A DNA stretch of 64,000 nt from assembly GCA_010909165.1 (NCBI GenBank), contig MU008222.1, positions 43,965-107,964 of the forward strand, in the 5' to 3' direction. The notes beneath the pieces are model-generated. The model saw only the letters and a program-made list of their open reading frames with translations. It did no database searches and was not told the DNA's origin. The translations under genes were made by a program, and so were the position numbers. The stretch comes from Anthoceros angustus (taxonomy: Eukaryota > Plantae > Anthocerotophyta). Shown here in pieces: positions 1-12,690 of this stretch (the stretch's first letter is position 1; the number at the start of each line of letters is the position of its first letter).

Positions 1-479
1 TCTCCTTCCTCCTTGGCAGCTTTTGTCCAGTCAGCTCAGCTCGGTCTGGAATTTGCGCGCATCGAAGAGCCTCTCGCGCCGCGTCTTCGGTGGAGTAAGA
101 ACTTTACTCAGCATGTCGGATTGGGCGGGGCGTGACTGGCCGCCCACTAGGCCGGCACCAACCCTCCTTTCTGCAGGTTCGGCCTTCCGCGAACCTACCT
201 CTCGCGCGTAAGTTCTTCCAACCCTCCTGTCCAGACCTCCCGTCCGGACCTCCGTCCTTTCTAATCGTTGGACCCGTTTTTAAGCCCGTTTTTCCTCCTT
301 TCCGTCCGTCCAGTCGGGGGACTGCAAGTCTGTCCGCCCGCTTCTCCACTCGCAACTTCTCATTGCTGTCTTCCCGTCAGTGATTAGTTGATGAGAAAAA
401 GAAAAAAAGAAAAATAAAACCTAACTAATATGAACAAAACTAGGAGGCATCCGCCTCTCTTCTAACCGTGGACCCAAAA

Positions 480-930
480 TTCGGCGTTCCACACCTGGCA
501 TGTTCCCATGGTTACATGGGCACTTGTCTGATGGTTCACTTTTCACGCCATGTGGTGGTGATATGTTCGTGGTTATATGGGCACTTACTCTGGTGGTGTG
601 GCATCTTGTACTTCTCTTGCTATGTAAAGTGGCATGGTGTACTTGTCTTGCCATGTGGTTCACGGTCCCGTGGTTACATAGGCACTTGTATATTGGTGTA
701 CTTGTCTTGTCATGTGATTACGGTCCCATGGTTACATGGGCACTTGTATATTCGTGTACTTGTCTTGCCATGTAGTTCTGATCTCAGTTACATGGGCACT
801 TGTATATTGGTGTACTTGTCTTGCCATGTGGTTACGGTCCCGTGGTTACGTGGGCACTTGTATACTGGTGTACTTGTCTTGCCATGTGATCCGAGCATGT
901 TTTCCTGGTTGCACGGTTACATGGCTACTT
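480..930. repeat. Tandem repeat, about 58-60 bp unit, about 6-7 degenerate copies
   Basis: The core ggttacatgggcacttgtatattggtgtacttgtcttgccatgtg recurs near 510, 570, 672, 731, 788, 845 and 915. Confidence 0.85.
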
Positions 931-1334
931 TAACACTTGTTCGCATCATGTGTTTTGTGCCGGTTGGGCACTTCACCGCTGCAGGTGTGTGGTCAAGGTT
1001 CCATTGACCTTAGCTTTTGTGTTTAGGGCTTCGCTTAAAGTCCATGCTTTTGCGTCCGGTGACTATACCTTTTGTTTCTGCGGGCGATCACGGCCGCGGC
1101 ACTCATCCCGGCCACTTGCGGCGAGCTCTCATCCCGGTCACGGCCGCGCGACATGCGGCCACCGGCGGGTTTGAGTGCGCCTATGGCACGATCAGCGCGC
1201 ACTTAGCCTCGGCATGCTGTGGACCGTAGTTTCTCCCCCTTAGGAAGGTAATGAGCTAGTTTTTGTTAGTGTGGGTGAAAAATAAAAGGGAAATAGATCG
1301 GAGACGAGTAAAGGATGAGACGGCGCTGGGGCGG

Positions 1335-1520
1335 ACGCACTCCGAGGCTGCGGGACTACGGACCGCACTCCGGGCGGCCCGCGGACTACGGACGCACTCC
1401 GGGCGGCCTACGGGACTACGGACACTCCGGGCGGCCTGCGGGACTACGGACCGCCTCGGGAGCGGCTGCGGGACTACGGACCGCACTCGGGCTTGCTGCG
1501 GGACTACAGACCGCACTCGA
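1335..1520. repeat. GC-rich minisatellite, about 30 bp unit, about 6 copies
   Basis: Repeated gcactccgggcggcctgcgggactacggacc. Confidence 0.9.
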
Positions 1521-1959
1521 GGAATAACAGGTGACTCCGTTGCCTCGAGTAAGTCGCGATAAGTACACCGGGAAAGGTAACTTTGGAACGGGGAGCGCGT
1601 TTTGGGCAAGGGGTGCCACGTGGGCCGGTCTTGAGAGAGACGAGACATACGGCGAGACTAGGGCCAGAGGGTTGCGATGGCCCGTAATGGGCGGTGGTAA
1701 CCGCCCCAAGTACATGCGCCAGAGTAAGGCTAGAGTGCGGCGAGCGGCCGGCAACGTAAAGCTAGTAAGCAATGCGGACTACAGCGATTCTGGTGAAGGA
1801 TGCCCTCCGCGCTTGATTCTCCGGCGTTGGGGCCGAGAAGGCCATTCTCGACCCGGCAGCATTTTGATCACTCGCGCTCGGGCACCCGCTCTCAGCGCTA
1901 TCTCTCCGGCGTCAAAGCATTCGCCGCCTCCAGGCCCGGGCGCTCATTGCGGCGGGACT

Positions 1960-4265
1960 TTTACCAGAAGTTCCTGATCAAATTGTAGCTGCAGATGAAC
2001 CAGAACCCAGAGAAGCCCCTCCTCTACGTCGTTCAACAAGGCTTCGTCGTCCCATAGAAGAGTGGAAACTAGATTATGTCGTAGGTATGGTCACTGCTGC
2101 TCCCCTTTCTCAAGATTTTGTCCTCAATACTGCTGCTTCTTTAGATGAACCTGCTACCTATAAGGAAGCAATAGAAGGCCCTGAGGCAGAGCAATGGAAA
2201 AATGCCATAGAGTCTGAATACTCCTCTCTTATTCAAAACAAGACATGGAAGGAAGTTGACCTACCTCCTGGTCGCAGGCCTGTTGCTTGCAAATGGATGT
2301 TCAAAAAAAAAATTAAACACAGATGGCAGTGTGAGGAGGTATAAAGCCAGATTAGTAGCCAAGGGGTATAGTCAAGTCCCTGGTCTAGATTACAACAAGA
2401 TTTTCGCCCCTGTTGTGAAATCAACCTCTATTAGAATACTCCTAGCAATTGCTGCCCACTTCAACTTGATAGTCCACCAACTAGATGTCAAAATTGCCTT
2501 CTTGCATGGCCTTCTAGAGGAAGACATATATATGAGTCAGCCAGAAGGCTACATAAAAAATCCTGACAAGGTGTTGAAGCTACTTGACACCCTGTATGGT
2601 CTCAAACAATCATCTAGAGCTTGGAACGAAGTGTTTCACCGAGTGCTAATTGAGCTAGGCTTGGTGTGTCTGGATGCTGATTCCAGTGTTTACATCTTGT
2701 GTGAGGGCCAAGACTTTATAATCCTATCTGTCTATGTCGATGATAATTTCCTTTTCAATACTTCAATGACCTTGATGGACAAGATCAAAAGAGTTATACT
2801 TACCAGATTTGAAATGAGTGATTTGGGTGAGCTTTCTTTTTCCTTAGGTGTCCAATTTCACTTTAATTATAGTGACCACACAATTGACATCCATCAAGAG
2901 TACTATGTGCAGCAACTTCTGCGACGTTTCCAGATGGAGAATGCCAAGCTTGTGGCCACTCCCATGGTGGTTGGGGAGAAGCTTTCCAAGGAGAACTCAC
3001 CTACTACTTTGGCTCAGAAGGAAGAGATGGACAGGAAGCCATATAGGCAGTGGGCTGTCTGCTATATTTAGCTGGATGGACAAGGTTAGATATCGGCAGG
3101 GCTGTCAACAATGTTAGCCAGAACATTGGACTGCTGTAAAAAGGATTTTTCGTTACCTTAAGGGGACACCTAGGAGGGGTCTCAGGTACTCTAGACAGCA
3201 TGGTGATTTAGAACTTCATCTTGTGATGCGATGGGACAGGACCCAGACACTAGGAGGAGTGTAGCTGCATACTGCTGTTTCCTAGGTCACTTAGTTGTTT
3301 CCTGGTCTAGTAAAAAGCTGCCCACCATATGTTTATCAAGTACGGAGGCGGAGTATGGTGCCATGACTCAAGCTGCAAGGGAGATTTTATGGATCTGCAC
3401 CTTCTTGAAGGGCCTGCATCAACTCCCAATTGGGCCAACTCGACTCCTATGTGACAATCAATCAGATATAGCTCTTTCTTGGAATCTTGTTTTCCATGCG
3501 AGAACCAAGCATATCGAGATTGCACACCATTTTATTCGTCAAGCAGCTGACAACAAGGAGGTATATGTCGAGTATGTCCCCACAGGTGAGAATGTAGTTG
3601 ATTTACTTACTAAAGCACTTCCCAAGCTTGTCCATGAGAAGCATACTCTAGCTGTTGGTGTTCAGCAGATCCCAGCAAGAGCAAAAGCTGGGAATGCTCA
3701 CTGAGGTTCGTTAGATTTGCTAGATCTACTGAGAGATAGACTCGTGTTCAAGACATTAGAGCCCTTGACTCCCTCATGCTCCCTACCTTTCAACCTCATA
3801 GCTGTAGATGTAATTGGTCACCAATATTGCCTTTGGGGACTCTAGCTTTTCACTTGCTGCCGTCATGAGTCATCCAAGTCCAGAGGAGTTTATATTCTGA
3901 CTCAAGAGGATGACCTAAGATGAAGACTTTGGAGAAGAAGAGGACTTGATGACTGCAAGCTCGAGATCATTCACACTTGGAGTTCAGTTTTTCGTTCGAG
4001 TGGAGGGAGCTATTTCGTTTCATCGTGGTGGTTTCCTTGAGTTGCATGTGCAATTTCCTTCCTCTGTTCAGTACTAGAAGGTTTTCAATCCTGTTTTGGA
4101 AGACATCATCTGTGGACTACACTAGAACTAAGTGGGAGTAATGGTAGACTGCAATTTACCTGGCGGTTTGAGCAGTTTAGTAGTTGCTACATGGGCACTG
4201 TTATGCCATGTGATTTACAATTTCTGTACAAAATACTTGTTCATAATCAAGTTATCATCATTAGG
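1960..4265 (+). mobile_element. 5'-truncated Ty1/copia retrotransposon (INT-RT linker, RT, RNase H, 3' spacer, possible PPT/LTR remnant)
   Basis: PLRRSTRLRRP linker, EPATYKEA, YKARLVAKGYSQ, QLDVKIAFLHG, YVDD, SSTEAEY, HARTKHIEIAHHFIR. Frameshifted, with the pol stop at 3704. A purine tract taagtgggag lies near 4128; the right boundary is uncertain. Confidence 0.9.
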
Positions 4266-4329
4266 CATGCCTTGCTTCTCATCTCGTGCCCTTCGTTTCT
4301 CGTCGGTCACGGCTTGCCCATCTGTTCTT

Positions 4330-4650
4330 CTAGATGGCAGCCTCTGCATCCCTTAAGGCATAAGTGGCCCAAGGTATGTAATCTAAATCAGGGATTTGGG
4401 TATAGCCTCTGGCTACCAAACGTGCCTTATATTTCTCAATGGAACCATCTCCTTTTCTTTTAATTTTAAATACCCATTTGTTGGTAACCATCCTCCTACC
4501 CTTATGTGGCTTGACTAATTCCCATATAGAGTTATTAATTAAAGAGTTGTACTCAGAATATACAGCGGCCTTCCATAAATCTTTTTTAGGAGAAGAAAAA
4601 GCTTGTTTTAAGGTAAATGGTTTTTCTGGGTCAAGTGTAGCTTTATACAC
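4330..4650 (-). mobile_element. Ty1/copia RT N-terminal fragment
   Basis: PFTLKQAF..WKAAVYSEYNSLINNSIWELV..KWVFKIK..YKARLVARGYTQ. Confidence 0.9.
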
Positions 4651-5872
4651 AACTTGTGCTTAAAGGGATAAAGAGGATGCGTATGGCTTCTCATACTCTT
4701 GTGGACATAGGCTCCTTTATGGATAGAGGAGTTCTTGGCACAAGCCTTTCCTAGTATCCTTTTTCCATCAACTGTCCAAAGTTTGCAAGCTTTGGACATT
4801 CAAAGGCATGGGTAGATTCTCAAGCAGATTCAAGATGTGCATGTTTTGAAAGGGGTTTTCTCTCATATCCAAATACCCATTGCGGGTGCCGTTGCGGCGG
4901 GTGTGGCGAGGTTTATTGCATAAAACTTAGAGCTCTTTGTGTGCACAGTTGAGGAGGCGACCTGTCCAAGCCGGAGAGAGACAAGTTCAATCGCCTCTGT
5001 TGCCTCACCTCTCCTTCCTGCAGCGGGGGGTCTTGCGACAATCCCGATTCTTGGGACCTGATGGTGGCAGCCGAGAATCTGGTAGCGCCAAAAATCAATA
5101 ATATGGCAGACGAGAACACTCCAAAGGCGGACCCCCAGCCCGAACTCGGGCTGTACATTGTATTTTTATAGCTGATCCGTTCCCAAGTGCGAATTGATTG
5201 TGCAGCTCAAAGTGAGCTGCACACACTTTGAGCTGATTGTGTTAGTCTGACCTGCTAATTGTGAACTCTGGTTGTGAACTCCAATTGTGTTAAGCCTGAC
5301 CCGGCCGTCAAGTGCGTTTTTGAGCAGTGATGGCAGGTGTATGTCCGCTTTGGTATACCACGTTATGTATTAAAAAAACAAGTAACCCAAGCGGCACTCG
5401 AGACACAATTGGCCATAATTTAAGTGATATTAGAAAGTCATTTTATGGTTAAGTATACAAGGTGAATTCGAACGTGCACCCGTTCGTACTGGAGTGAAGC
5501 TGACAGTGCGGCCGCCACGCTGTCACTTCACGCCCCGGTAGAGTGAAGCCACTCTGTCACCAAAGTGCCTCCAGTTATGTGTGAGAGCACCCAAGCACAG
5601 CAATTTCTCCGGTGTTTGCATGCTTACTCAAACAATGCGGTCCCCTGGGCTAGAGCAGCGGCAAAAGGGGAGGGAAGGCACCAGAGCTGGAAGCAACCCA
5701 GCATATGCAAAGGAACGCTAGGAAGGATCGGCTCAGGGCACCTGCGCTGGGTGCACCTATTATAGGCACATACTCTAGCTACTTCAGCTAACCTTATGGC
5801 TTGTGTTTGGGAAGCTGTGTGTGAGGTCACGAAGTGAGACCAAGATTCTGGAAGTGAGATGAGGAGTCAAAG

Positions 5873-8436
5873 TGCGAGCTTCTCTTCACTCAGAAGGTCA
5901 CTAGAGGATCCTTCAACCTTCATAGCTAAGGATCTAAACACTCCTATGTGTTTTTCAATGGAATCACCAGATTCTACAACCAGAACCACTATAACAACAA
6001 TATCTCAACAACTCAATCTCATAATCTCTTCCTCAACCCCCCACTAACTCTACTCTTAACGAACTCACGAGTCACTCTTATGGCACATCTGCCTAGAGTG
6101 ACCGATTCGATGGATGTCTCGCTTGGGCCAGTAGCCCGATGTTTGCCTCTAACGTGAGCACCCTCAGGTACGAAAGCTTCCCAAGGTCATATTCCAATGA
6201 GCCTCTAATGTTAGTGCCCTATAAGATGCCACCAAGCAAAAGCACACAGCAACCACAAGATGCAACCTTCCACAAGGAAAAGGTGCGGCCAAGGCTCGTG
6301 CCTTGCCTCTCACCAAGACTGCGATCAACCTCGTCCTCTACCACCGCTGCGCCGTTTGATGGACAGCAGTCGGACGCGTACACGACCACGGCAAGAGTGT
6401 GCACCACTATGGAGGAGAACTACAAGGATTGATATTGAACTGTTTACATTGCTCCCTTTTTATAGGTGGAGCGGACTTCTCGAAATTCGTGCACTTAAAT
6501 GCAAGATGACCCTCCGGATTCCATGAAGGAATTCGCAACTGGCAGTTCGGTCTCTTGACCCCACAGGGTAAGGTCTAGCTCACTACTGCCACATCTTCCG
6601 GGTCATCTCGGTCGCTACCTCCCTCAAAATAGGGTTACTGTCATGCCGTGTGATACTAATCTCTGCACTTGGGTTTATTATTTGATTAGCATTAATTAAT
6701 CTAATTACTTATATTTAAGCAAGCAATTAGTGTTAATAATCTAAACCACTTATGTTAATAAGCATTGATTAGTGTTAATTAAACATAGTTAGCAATAGCT
6801 AAGTGGATAAGCTCAAGTAATATGCTTTGGCATATTCCTTGCATAATATGATGTATTCTTAAGATACAATAGCTAAGTGGATAAGCTCAAGTAATATGCT
6901 TTAGCATCTTCCTTGCATATTATAGTGTATTCTTAGGATATTTCCATATCTTGATGCCAATAGGATATCTTAGGAATATGCCGATGCCAAGGGCTAGTGT
7001 ATATAGACCCTTCCATCGAGGACAAGCTCGGATCATAGTTTGTCCTCTAGATATGCAATGCAAGGGTGTTGTGAGGAGGCCAAAGCTATGACTTGAGAGC
7101 GATGTGTAAGGAATTTGCGTGTTTTCAAGTGGCGAGTGTATTTGTGCCACGATGTGCGAGCTTCTCTTCACTCGGAAGGTCACTAGAGGATCCTTCAACC
7201 TTCATAGCTAAGGATCTAAACACTCCTATGTGTTTTCAATGGAATCACGGATTCTACAAGAACCACTATAACAACAATATCTCAACAACTCAATCTCATA
7301 ATCTCTTCCTCAACCCCACTAACTCTACTCTTACGAACTCACGAGTCACTCTTGGCACATGCCTAGGTGGCCAGGTTGATGGATGTCTCGCTTGGGCGGT
7401 GGCAGGTGTTTGCCTCTAACGTGAGCACCCTCAGGTACGAAAGCTTCCCAAGGTCATATTCCAATGAGCCTCTAATGTTAGTGCCCTATAAGATGCCACC
7501 AAGCAAAAGCACACAGCAACCACAAGATGCAACCTTCCACAAGGAAAAAGGTCTGGCCAAGGAACGGGCTCGTGCCTTCCTCTCAGCTCAGCACCTGCGA
7601 TCAACCTCGTCCTCTACCACCGCTGCGCCGTTTGATGGACAGCAGTCGGACGCGTACACGACCACGGCAAGAGTGTGCACCACTATGGAGGAGAACTACA
7701 AGGATTGATATTGAACTGTTTACATTGCTCCCTTTTTATAGGTGGAGCGGACTTCTCGAAATTCGTGCACTTAAATGCAAGATGACCCTCCGGATTCCAT
7801 GAAGGAATTACATAGCGCGATTCGGTCTCTTGACCCCACGAGTAAGGTCTAGCTCTCTGCCACATCTTAGGGTCATCTCGGTGCTACCTCCCTCAAAATA
7901 GGGTTCTTGTCATCTTGTGATACTAATCTACGCACTTGGGTTTATTATTTGATTAGCATTAATTAATCTAATTACTTATATTTAAGCAAGCAATTAGTGT
8001 TAATAATCTAAACCACTTATGTTAATAAGCATTGATTAGTGTTAATTAAACATAGTTAGCAATAGCTAAGTGGATAAGCTCAAGTAATATGCTTTGGCAT
8101 ATTCCTTGCATATTACAGTGTATTCTTAAGATACAATAGCTAAGTGGATAAGCTCAAGTAATATGCTTTAGCATCTTCCTTGCATATTATAGTGTATTCT
8201 TAGGATATTTCCGACATATGCTGATGCCAATAGGATATCTTAGGAATATGCCGATGCCAAGGGCTAGTGTATATAGACCCTTCCACTGAGGACAAGCTCA
8301 GATCATAGTTTGTCCTCTAGATATGCAATGCAAGGGTGTTGTGAGGAGGCCAAAGCTATGACTTCGAGAGCGATGTGTAAGGAATTTGCGTGTTTTTCCC
8401 GTGGCGAGAGTGTATTTGTGCCACGATGTGCGAGCT
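5873..8436 (-). repeat. Two tandem copies (5873-7154 and 7155-8428) of an approximately 1.28-kb LTR-like unit
   Basis: Near-identical units delimited by gtgcgagct. There is a TATA-like cctataaaaa on the minus strand (about 6460 and 7735) and an internal repeat of about 70 bp (gctaagtggataagctcaagtaatatgcttt). LTR identity is inferred. Confidence 0.75.
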
Positions 8437-8582
8437 ACTCCCTCCTATTGTTATTGGTTTGCATCTATATATCTGCGTATTAGATTTGTTTTGCTTGGTT
8501 GTTTGTCGAGGGAGTGCTTATATGAATTCAAGTGCTTACCTCGTGCGACATCACCTAAATACGGGCCCCACCTTTCTTGAGC

Positions 8583-8752
8583 CTAATGCTTCATGCTGAT
8601 GAGCAGGAGTGGAGGTTTCTTTTTGGACGGCCGACTGTCTACCTCCTCCAGGTCTCCCGCTGCCAAAGAGGGCTCTCCTTTCACCATTCGGACCAAGGAA
8701 GCCTCTATCCTGGCTTCTTCCAGCTCCCCTTCCTTCAAAACCTCCTCCCTAT
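8583..8752 (-). pseudogene. 3' part of a TE-associated ORF interrupted by the copia insertion (5' part at 15799-15990)
   Basis: Removing the copia and one TSD copy restores the frame ...FLVHLYH-R-EEVLKEGELEE... Confidence 0.75.
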
Positions 8753-8997
8753 TAAAGTGGAATGCAAGATGCAATTAGAGAAGAAGATAATTCTGATTAG
8801 GCTGGTCGGCTCTTATACAATTTGTCTTAACCACATTACGGTTATAACAAGTAAATGTAAATACCAGTATAACTATCTAAACCGATTATCGAATAATGTT
8901 TTCTATTTACATTAATATACATGCTAAACAGCTTAATCACGAACCGTGCCCTAAATCCTATGCCCTGATCCGCAGTGCATTCAAAACTACTCCAACA
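8753..8997 (-). repeat. 3' LTR of the copia element (TG...TA termini)
   Basis: Matches 15554-15798 with 7 substitutions and no indels by manual alignment. It is preceded on the minus strand by the PPT tgagggggag. Confidence 0.95.
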
Positions 8998-9007
8998 CTC
9001 CCCCTCA
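8998..9007 (-). promoter_or_regulatory. Polypurine tract (PPT) TGAGGGGGAG
   Basis: Abuts the TG start of the 3' LTR. An identical 10-mer occurs at 9366-9375. Confidence 0.9.
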
Positions 9008-9027
9008 CTGTGGATCAGTCTCACGAG

Positions 9028-9306
9028 ATGGCCGCCATCGCTCATGCTTTCGTCCAGCTGATTCTCAGTGTACTCTCCAGCATCTGGTGGCTCCTCCAAC
9101 TCGCGAGTCACATTATCTCTATGTCCAATGAGAGGATAGCAAGTCTCGAGCAAGCTGGAGCTCCCAAGCGCAGATCTGTGAAGCAGAGACTGAAGAAGAG
9201 AAACAGTGGAGCTGAAAACGAACACAAGATGGCCCCCGGACCTCGCAACTCTGTCGGCATGGAGGAGTTTTGGTTTGCAGTATCTCGCCTTTTGGGACAG
9301 CGATGA
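9028..9306 (+). CDS. 92-aa antisense ORF in the copia 3' spacer (hydrophobic N-terminus plus basic cluster); function unknown
   Basis: ATG at 9028 in gagATGg context. MAAIAHAFVQLILSVLSSIWWLLQL...KRRSVKQRLKKR. No homology recognised. Confidence 0.4.
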   Translation: MAAIAHAFVQLILSVLSSIWWLLQLASHIISMSNERIASLEQAGAPKRRSVKQRLKKRNSGAENEHKMAPGPRNSVGMEEFWFAVSRLLGQR

Positions 9307-9372
9307 AGATGGAGGCTCATGCGCTGAGGACTTAATGCTGTGCGCGCTCGCTGCTTCTTAAGCTGCTCCCCC

Positions 9373-11000
9373 TCAAACTTGGATCGGAGAAGATCCGGCG
9401 CCCATGCCAAGATAAGCTTCTCTGCTCACTAACCCTATTCCTGTAACATGCTTCTCGTGAAGTAGCTTGGACAGTCCCTTCGTAAGCAGATCTGCAGTGT
9501 TCTCCATCGTGCTGATATACTTGAGAATCACCTGCTTCTTGGCCACCACTTGCCTTATGAAGTGATGTTGGATTTTGACATGCTTTGTTCTGGCGTGCAG
9601 GACTGGATTGTATGTTATGGCAATGGCTGATTGGTTATCGCAGTAAAGCTCAGTTGGCTCACGCTGCTCTTCGTTGATGTCCTGCAGGAATTGTCTGATC
9701 CACAAGATCTCCTTCGCAGCTAGGGTTGTGGCTGCATACTCTGCTTGATTGACGATCATATCTGCATCTTTTGCTCGCCAGAGAGGCGTGGTGTTGTTAA
9801 TCCTCATCGATGAGGCGCGGTAGACTTTCGGCGTCACGGCATTAATTCGTCGACAATGAGGTTAGTATGAACTTAGTTGCATGATCACCTTTGTACAATA
9901 GTCCCAGTGACTTGGTTTTCTTGAGGTAACGAAGTATTCATTTCACGCACGTCTAGTGTGCTCTCCCTGGGTTTGCCATGTATCTCGAAGCAATGTTGAC
10001 GGCTTGCGCAACATCTGGCCTTGTCCATATTGACAAATACAAAAGGCTACCTACAACTTCGTTGTATGGGACCTGTGCCATTTCTGTGACTTCTTCTAGT
10101 GTGGTGGGATAGTCGAGTGCAGATACCTTCTCATCGGCTGCGATTGGCGTTGTTACAGGTTTGGCATCCGTGAGGTTGAACCTTGTGAGCAGCTGATCCA
10201 CCTAGTGCTCCTGGTGGATGAAGAAGGAGCCGTCCTGTTCGTTGTGCTCGAATTGAACTCCGAGGGCGTAATGAAGGGGTCCCATATCCACGACTTCGTA
10301 CTCCTTGGTAAGTAGGTCCTTCACATGCTAGATTATCTGCAGGTTGTTGCCAAAGTTAAAGTTGTCGTCCACGTAGAGTGTGACGATTGCGAACTTGTCC
10401 TTTGTCCTCAGGATGTACACACTGTTGTCGGCTGTGAGAGGAGTGAAACCGCATTTCTTGAGGTAGAGGTCCACAGTCTCATTCCACACCTGCGCGGACT
10501 GCTTCAACCCATACAATGATTTTAGAAGCTTACAAACCTTGCTAGGTTCCTGGATAAAACCTGGAGGTTGTAACATATAGATGTCTTCGTGCAATGTCCC
10601 ATATAGGAATGCTGTTTTAACGTCGACTTGGTGTATGTGCAGTCTGTGATGTGCTGTGAAAGCAAGGAGGATTCGTATGGATGTCGACTTCACTACTGGG
10701 CTGAAAAGTCGGTTCTCTTCATTACCAAACCCTGGCACTTGGGTGAAGCCACGAGCAACGAGCCTTGCCTTGTATCGTGTTACAGTTCCGTCGGGGTTCA
10801 GTTTACGTCGAAATGTCCAGTTGCAGGAGATAGGTTTCCTTCCTGCTGGCAAGTCAGTCAATTTCTATGTCTTGTTTGCAATGAGTGAGTCATACTCTGA
10901 TTTCATTGCTGCCTTCCATTCGGGTGTGCTCAGTGCTTCTTCTATGGACAGGGGGACTCCTTGCAGTTCTATTGCCGATAAAGCCTGGTGCATGGCAATG
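9373..11000 (-). pseudogene. Copia RT and RNase H, frameshifted
   Basis: YKARLVARGFTQ, HQVDVKTAFLYG, LYVDD, TRPDVAQAV, QAEYAA, HARTKHVKIQHHFIRQ. Confidence 0.93.
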
Positions 11001-11654
11001 TTTAGTTGATCTGCTTGCTGAGGGATGGCAGATGTTTCTAAACTTGCTTTCCTGCTTGTGATCAAGTCTCCGGGTTGATAGGGGGGTTCGATCCATTCGT
11101 GCCTTGGTGGTCTGTGCCTGGATGACCTTCTGGGGACAAGCTGGGAACCTTGCTCGTCTAGGGTTGGTTGGGTGACCTGTTCGGGTGGTTGTACCTCTGG
11201 TTCTGACTGAATCAAAGTTGGGATGTGGAGGTCAGGGTCCTGCATGTTCGGGAAATAAGGGAGCAGCAGGGTGTAGTGGTACCTGATTTTGTACCTGCTG
11301 GATGGGTTGAGTTTGCTGAGCTGCCGGTAAGGTTTGAACTGGCTGCTGGGCTTGTTGTTGGGCCTGCTGTGCCACTTGTTGTTGATAACTCGCTTGAGCT
11401 TGCTCTAATGGGTGTGAAGGGTAGTCATCATAGTCCCCCTCAAGATCAAGAGGGGAATCAGGGTCGAGGTACCCTTTAATCGTAGGAGCAGGCAGAGGAG
11501 TAGGAGAGATAGAGGATGCAATGTAGGAGTTTAACATGAGTGCTTCGTTGAACTGGACACTACGGGATAGGATTACCTCTCGGGATGTGGGGTCAAATAA
11601 CCGGTAGGCTTTGACCTGATCTGAATAACGATGAAGAGGAGCTTCCTGCCTTTG

Positions 11655-12680
11655 TCATCCCATTTTTGTGAGTTTGGTGAGCAAAGCGGCTGCCGAGAAA
11701 TCTGGTGAAATCCGTGGCTTTTGTCCTGTCCAGCGCTCATATGGAGTTGTGTTTGGTAACTCTTTTGTGGGCATCCTGTTCTTAAGGTAGTTGGTAGTGG
11801 AGACGGCCTCGGATCCTTTTGTAAGACCTGCCAGCTTAAGGATGGAACGAGAGATCTCGAGTAGTGAGCGATTCAAGCGTTCGGCAAAGGAGTTCTGAGA
11901 AGGTGTGTGCGGTACAGTGTATTGATGAAGGATGCCTTTGGAAGTGCAGAACGATTGAAAAGCATGGCTGGTATATTCCCCGCCGTTGTCTGTTCTAAGT
12001 GTATGGACCTGGAATCCTGTCTGTCTCTCGGCAGCTGTAATGTACTCCTGGAAACAATGGAAGGCTTCGTCTTTGTGACGTAGGAAGTAAACTTGACAGT
12101 GTCGACCCCACTCGTCTAAAAAGGTGACGAAGTAAAGGTGACCTCCAAAGCTGGCGGTACTCATCGGGCCACAGAGATCCGAATGGACAGTTTCTAGGAG
12201 GTGACGTGCTCTAGTGGGGGCGACATCCTTGAAAGGTAACTGAGTAAGTTTGGTGTATTGACAAATCTCGCAGAAGAAGTCTTTGTGGATTTTGATATTG
12301 ACATGGTCTCTGTACATGCTAGGATTTGTGAGGGCATTCAGATAACGGGGATTCATATGGCCGGCATGACAATGCCATAGGAGAGTGTGGCTTGGTGAAG
12401 TAGCTGCGGAGCTGTCAACTAAAAAAGAGGAGGACGACTGAACATTCAGAAGGTAAAGGTCGTTGTAGGGGAGCCCATGAGCAAGTGCTGTCTTGCTTGT
12501 GTCTCCAGAATGGTAAATGGTGCAGTGATTACCTCTGAATGTGATGATAAGATCATGCTCAGTTGCGAGCTTACGTACTGATAACATGTTCTTTGTCATG
12601 GTAGGGACGTGAAGAACTCCGTTGATTGTGAGCACCTCTCCGTTGGACAGTCTGAGTTGTACTTCGCCTGAGCCCTGAAT
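11655..12680 (-). pseudogene. Copia protease C-terminus, GAG-pre-integrase and integrase core
   Basis: LWHCHAGH..CEIC zinc finger, VHSDLCGP, FLDE, LRTDNGGEY, AERLNRSL. Confidence 0.93.
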
Positions 12681-12690
12681 TGCTCCATCC

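Noticed and set aside
468-1007. 179-aa hydrophobic repetitive ORF
   Set aside because: It is a translation of the 59-bp tandem repeat with no domain, and overlapping frames are equally open.
4880-4905. gggtgccgttgcgg resembling an Athila-type PBS
   Set aside because: No adjacent LTR end or gag could be identified.
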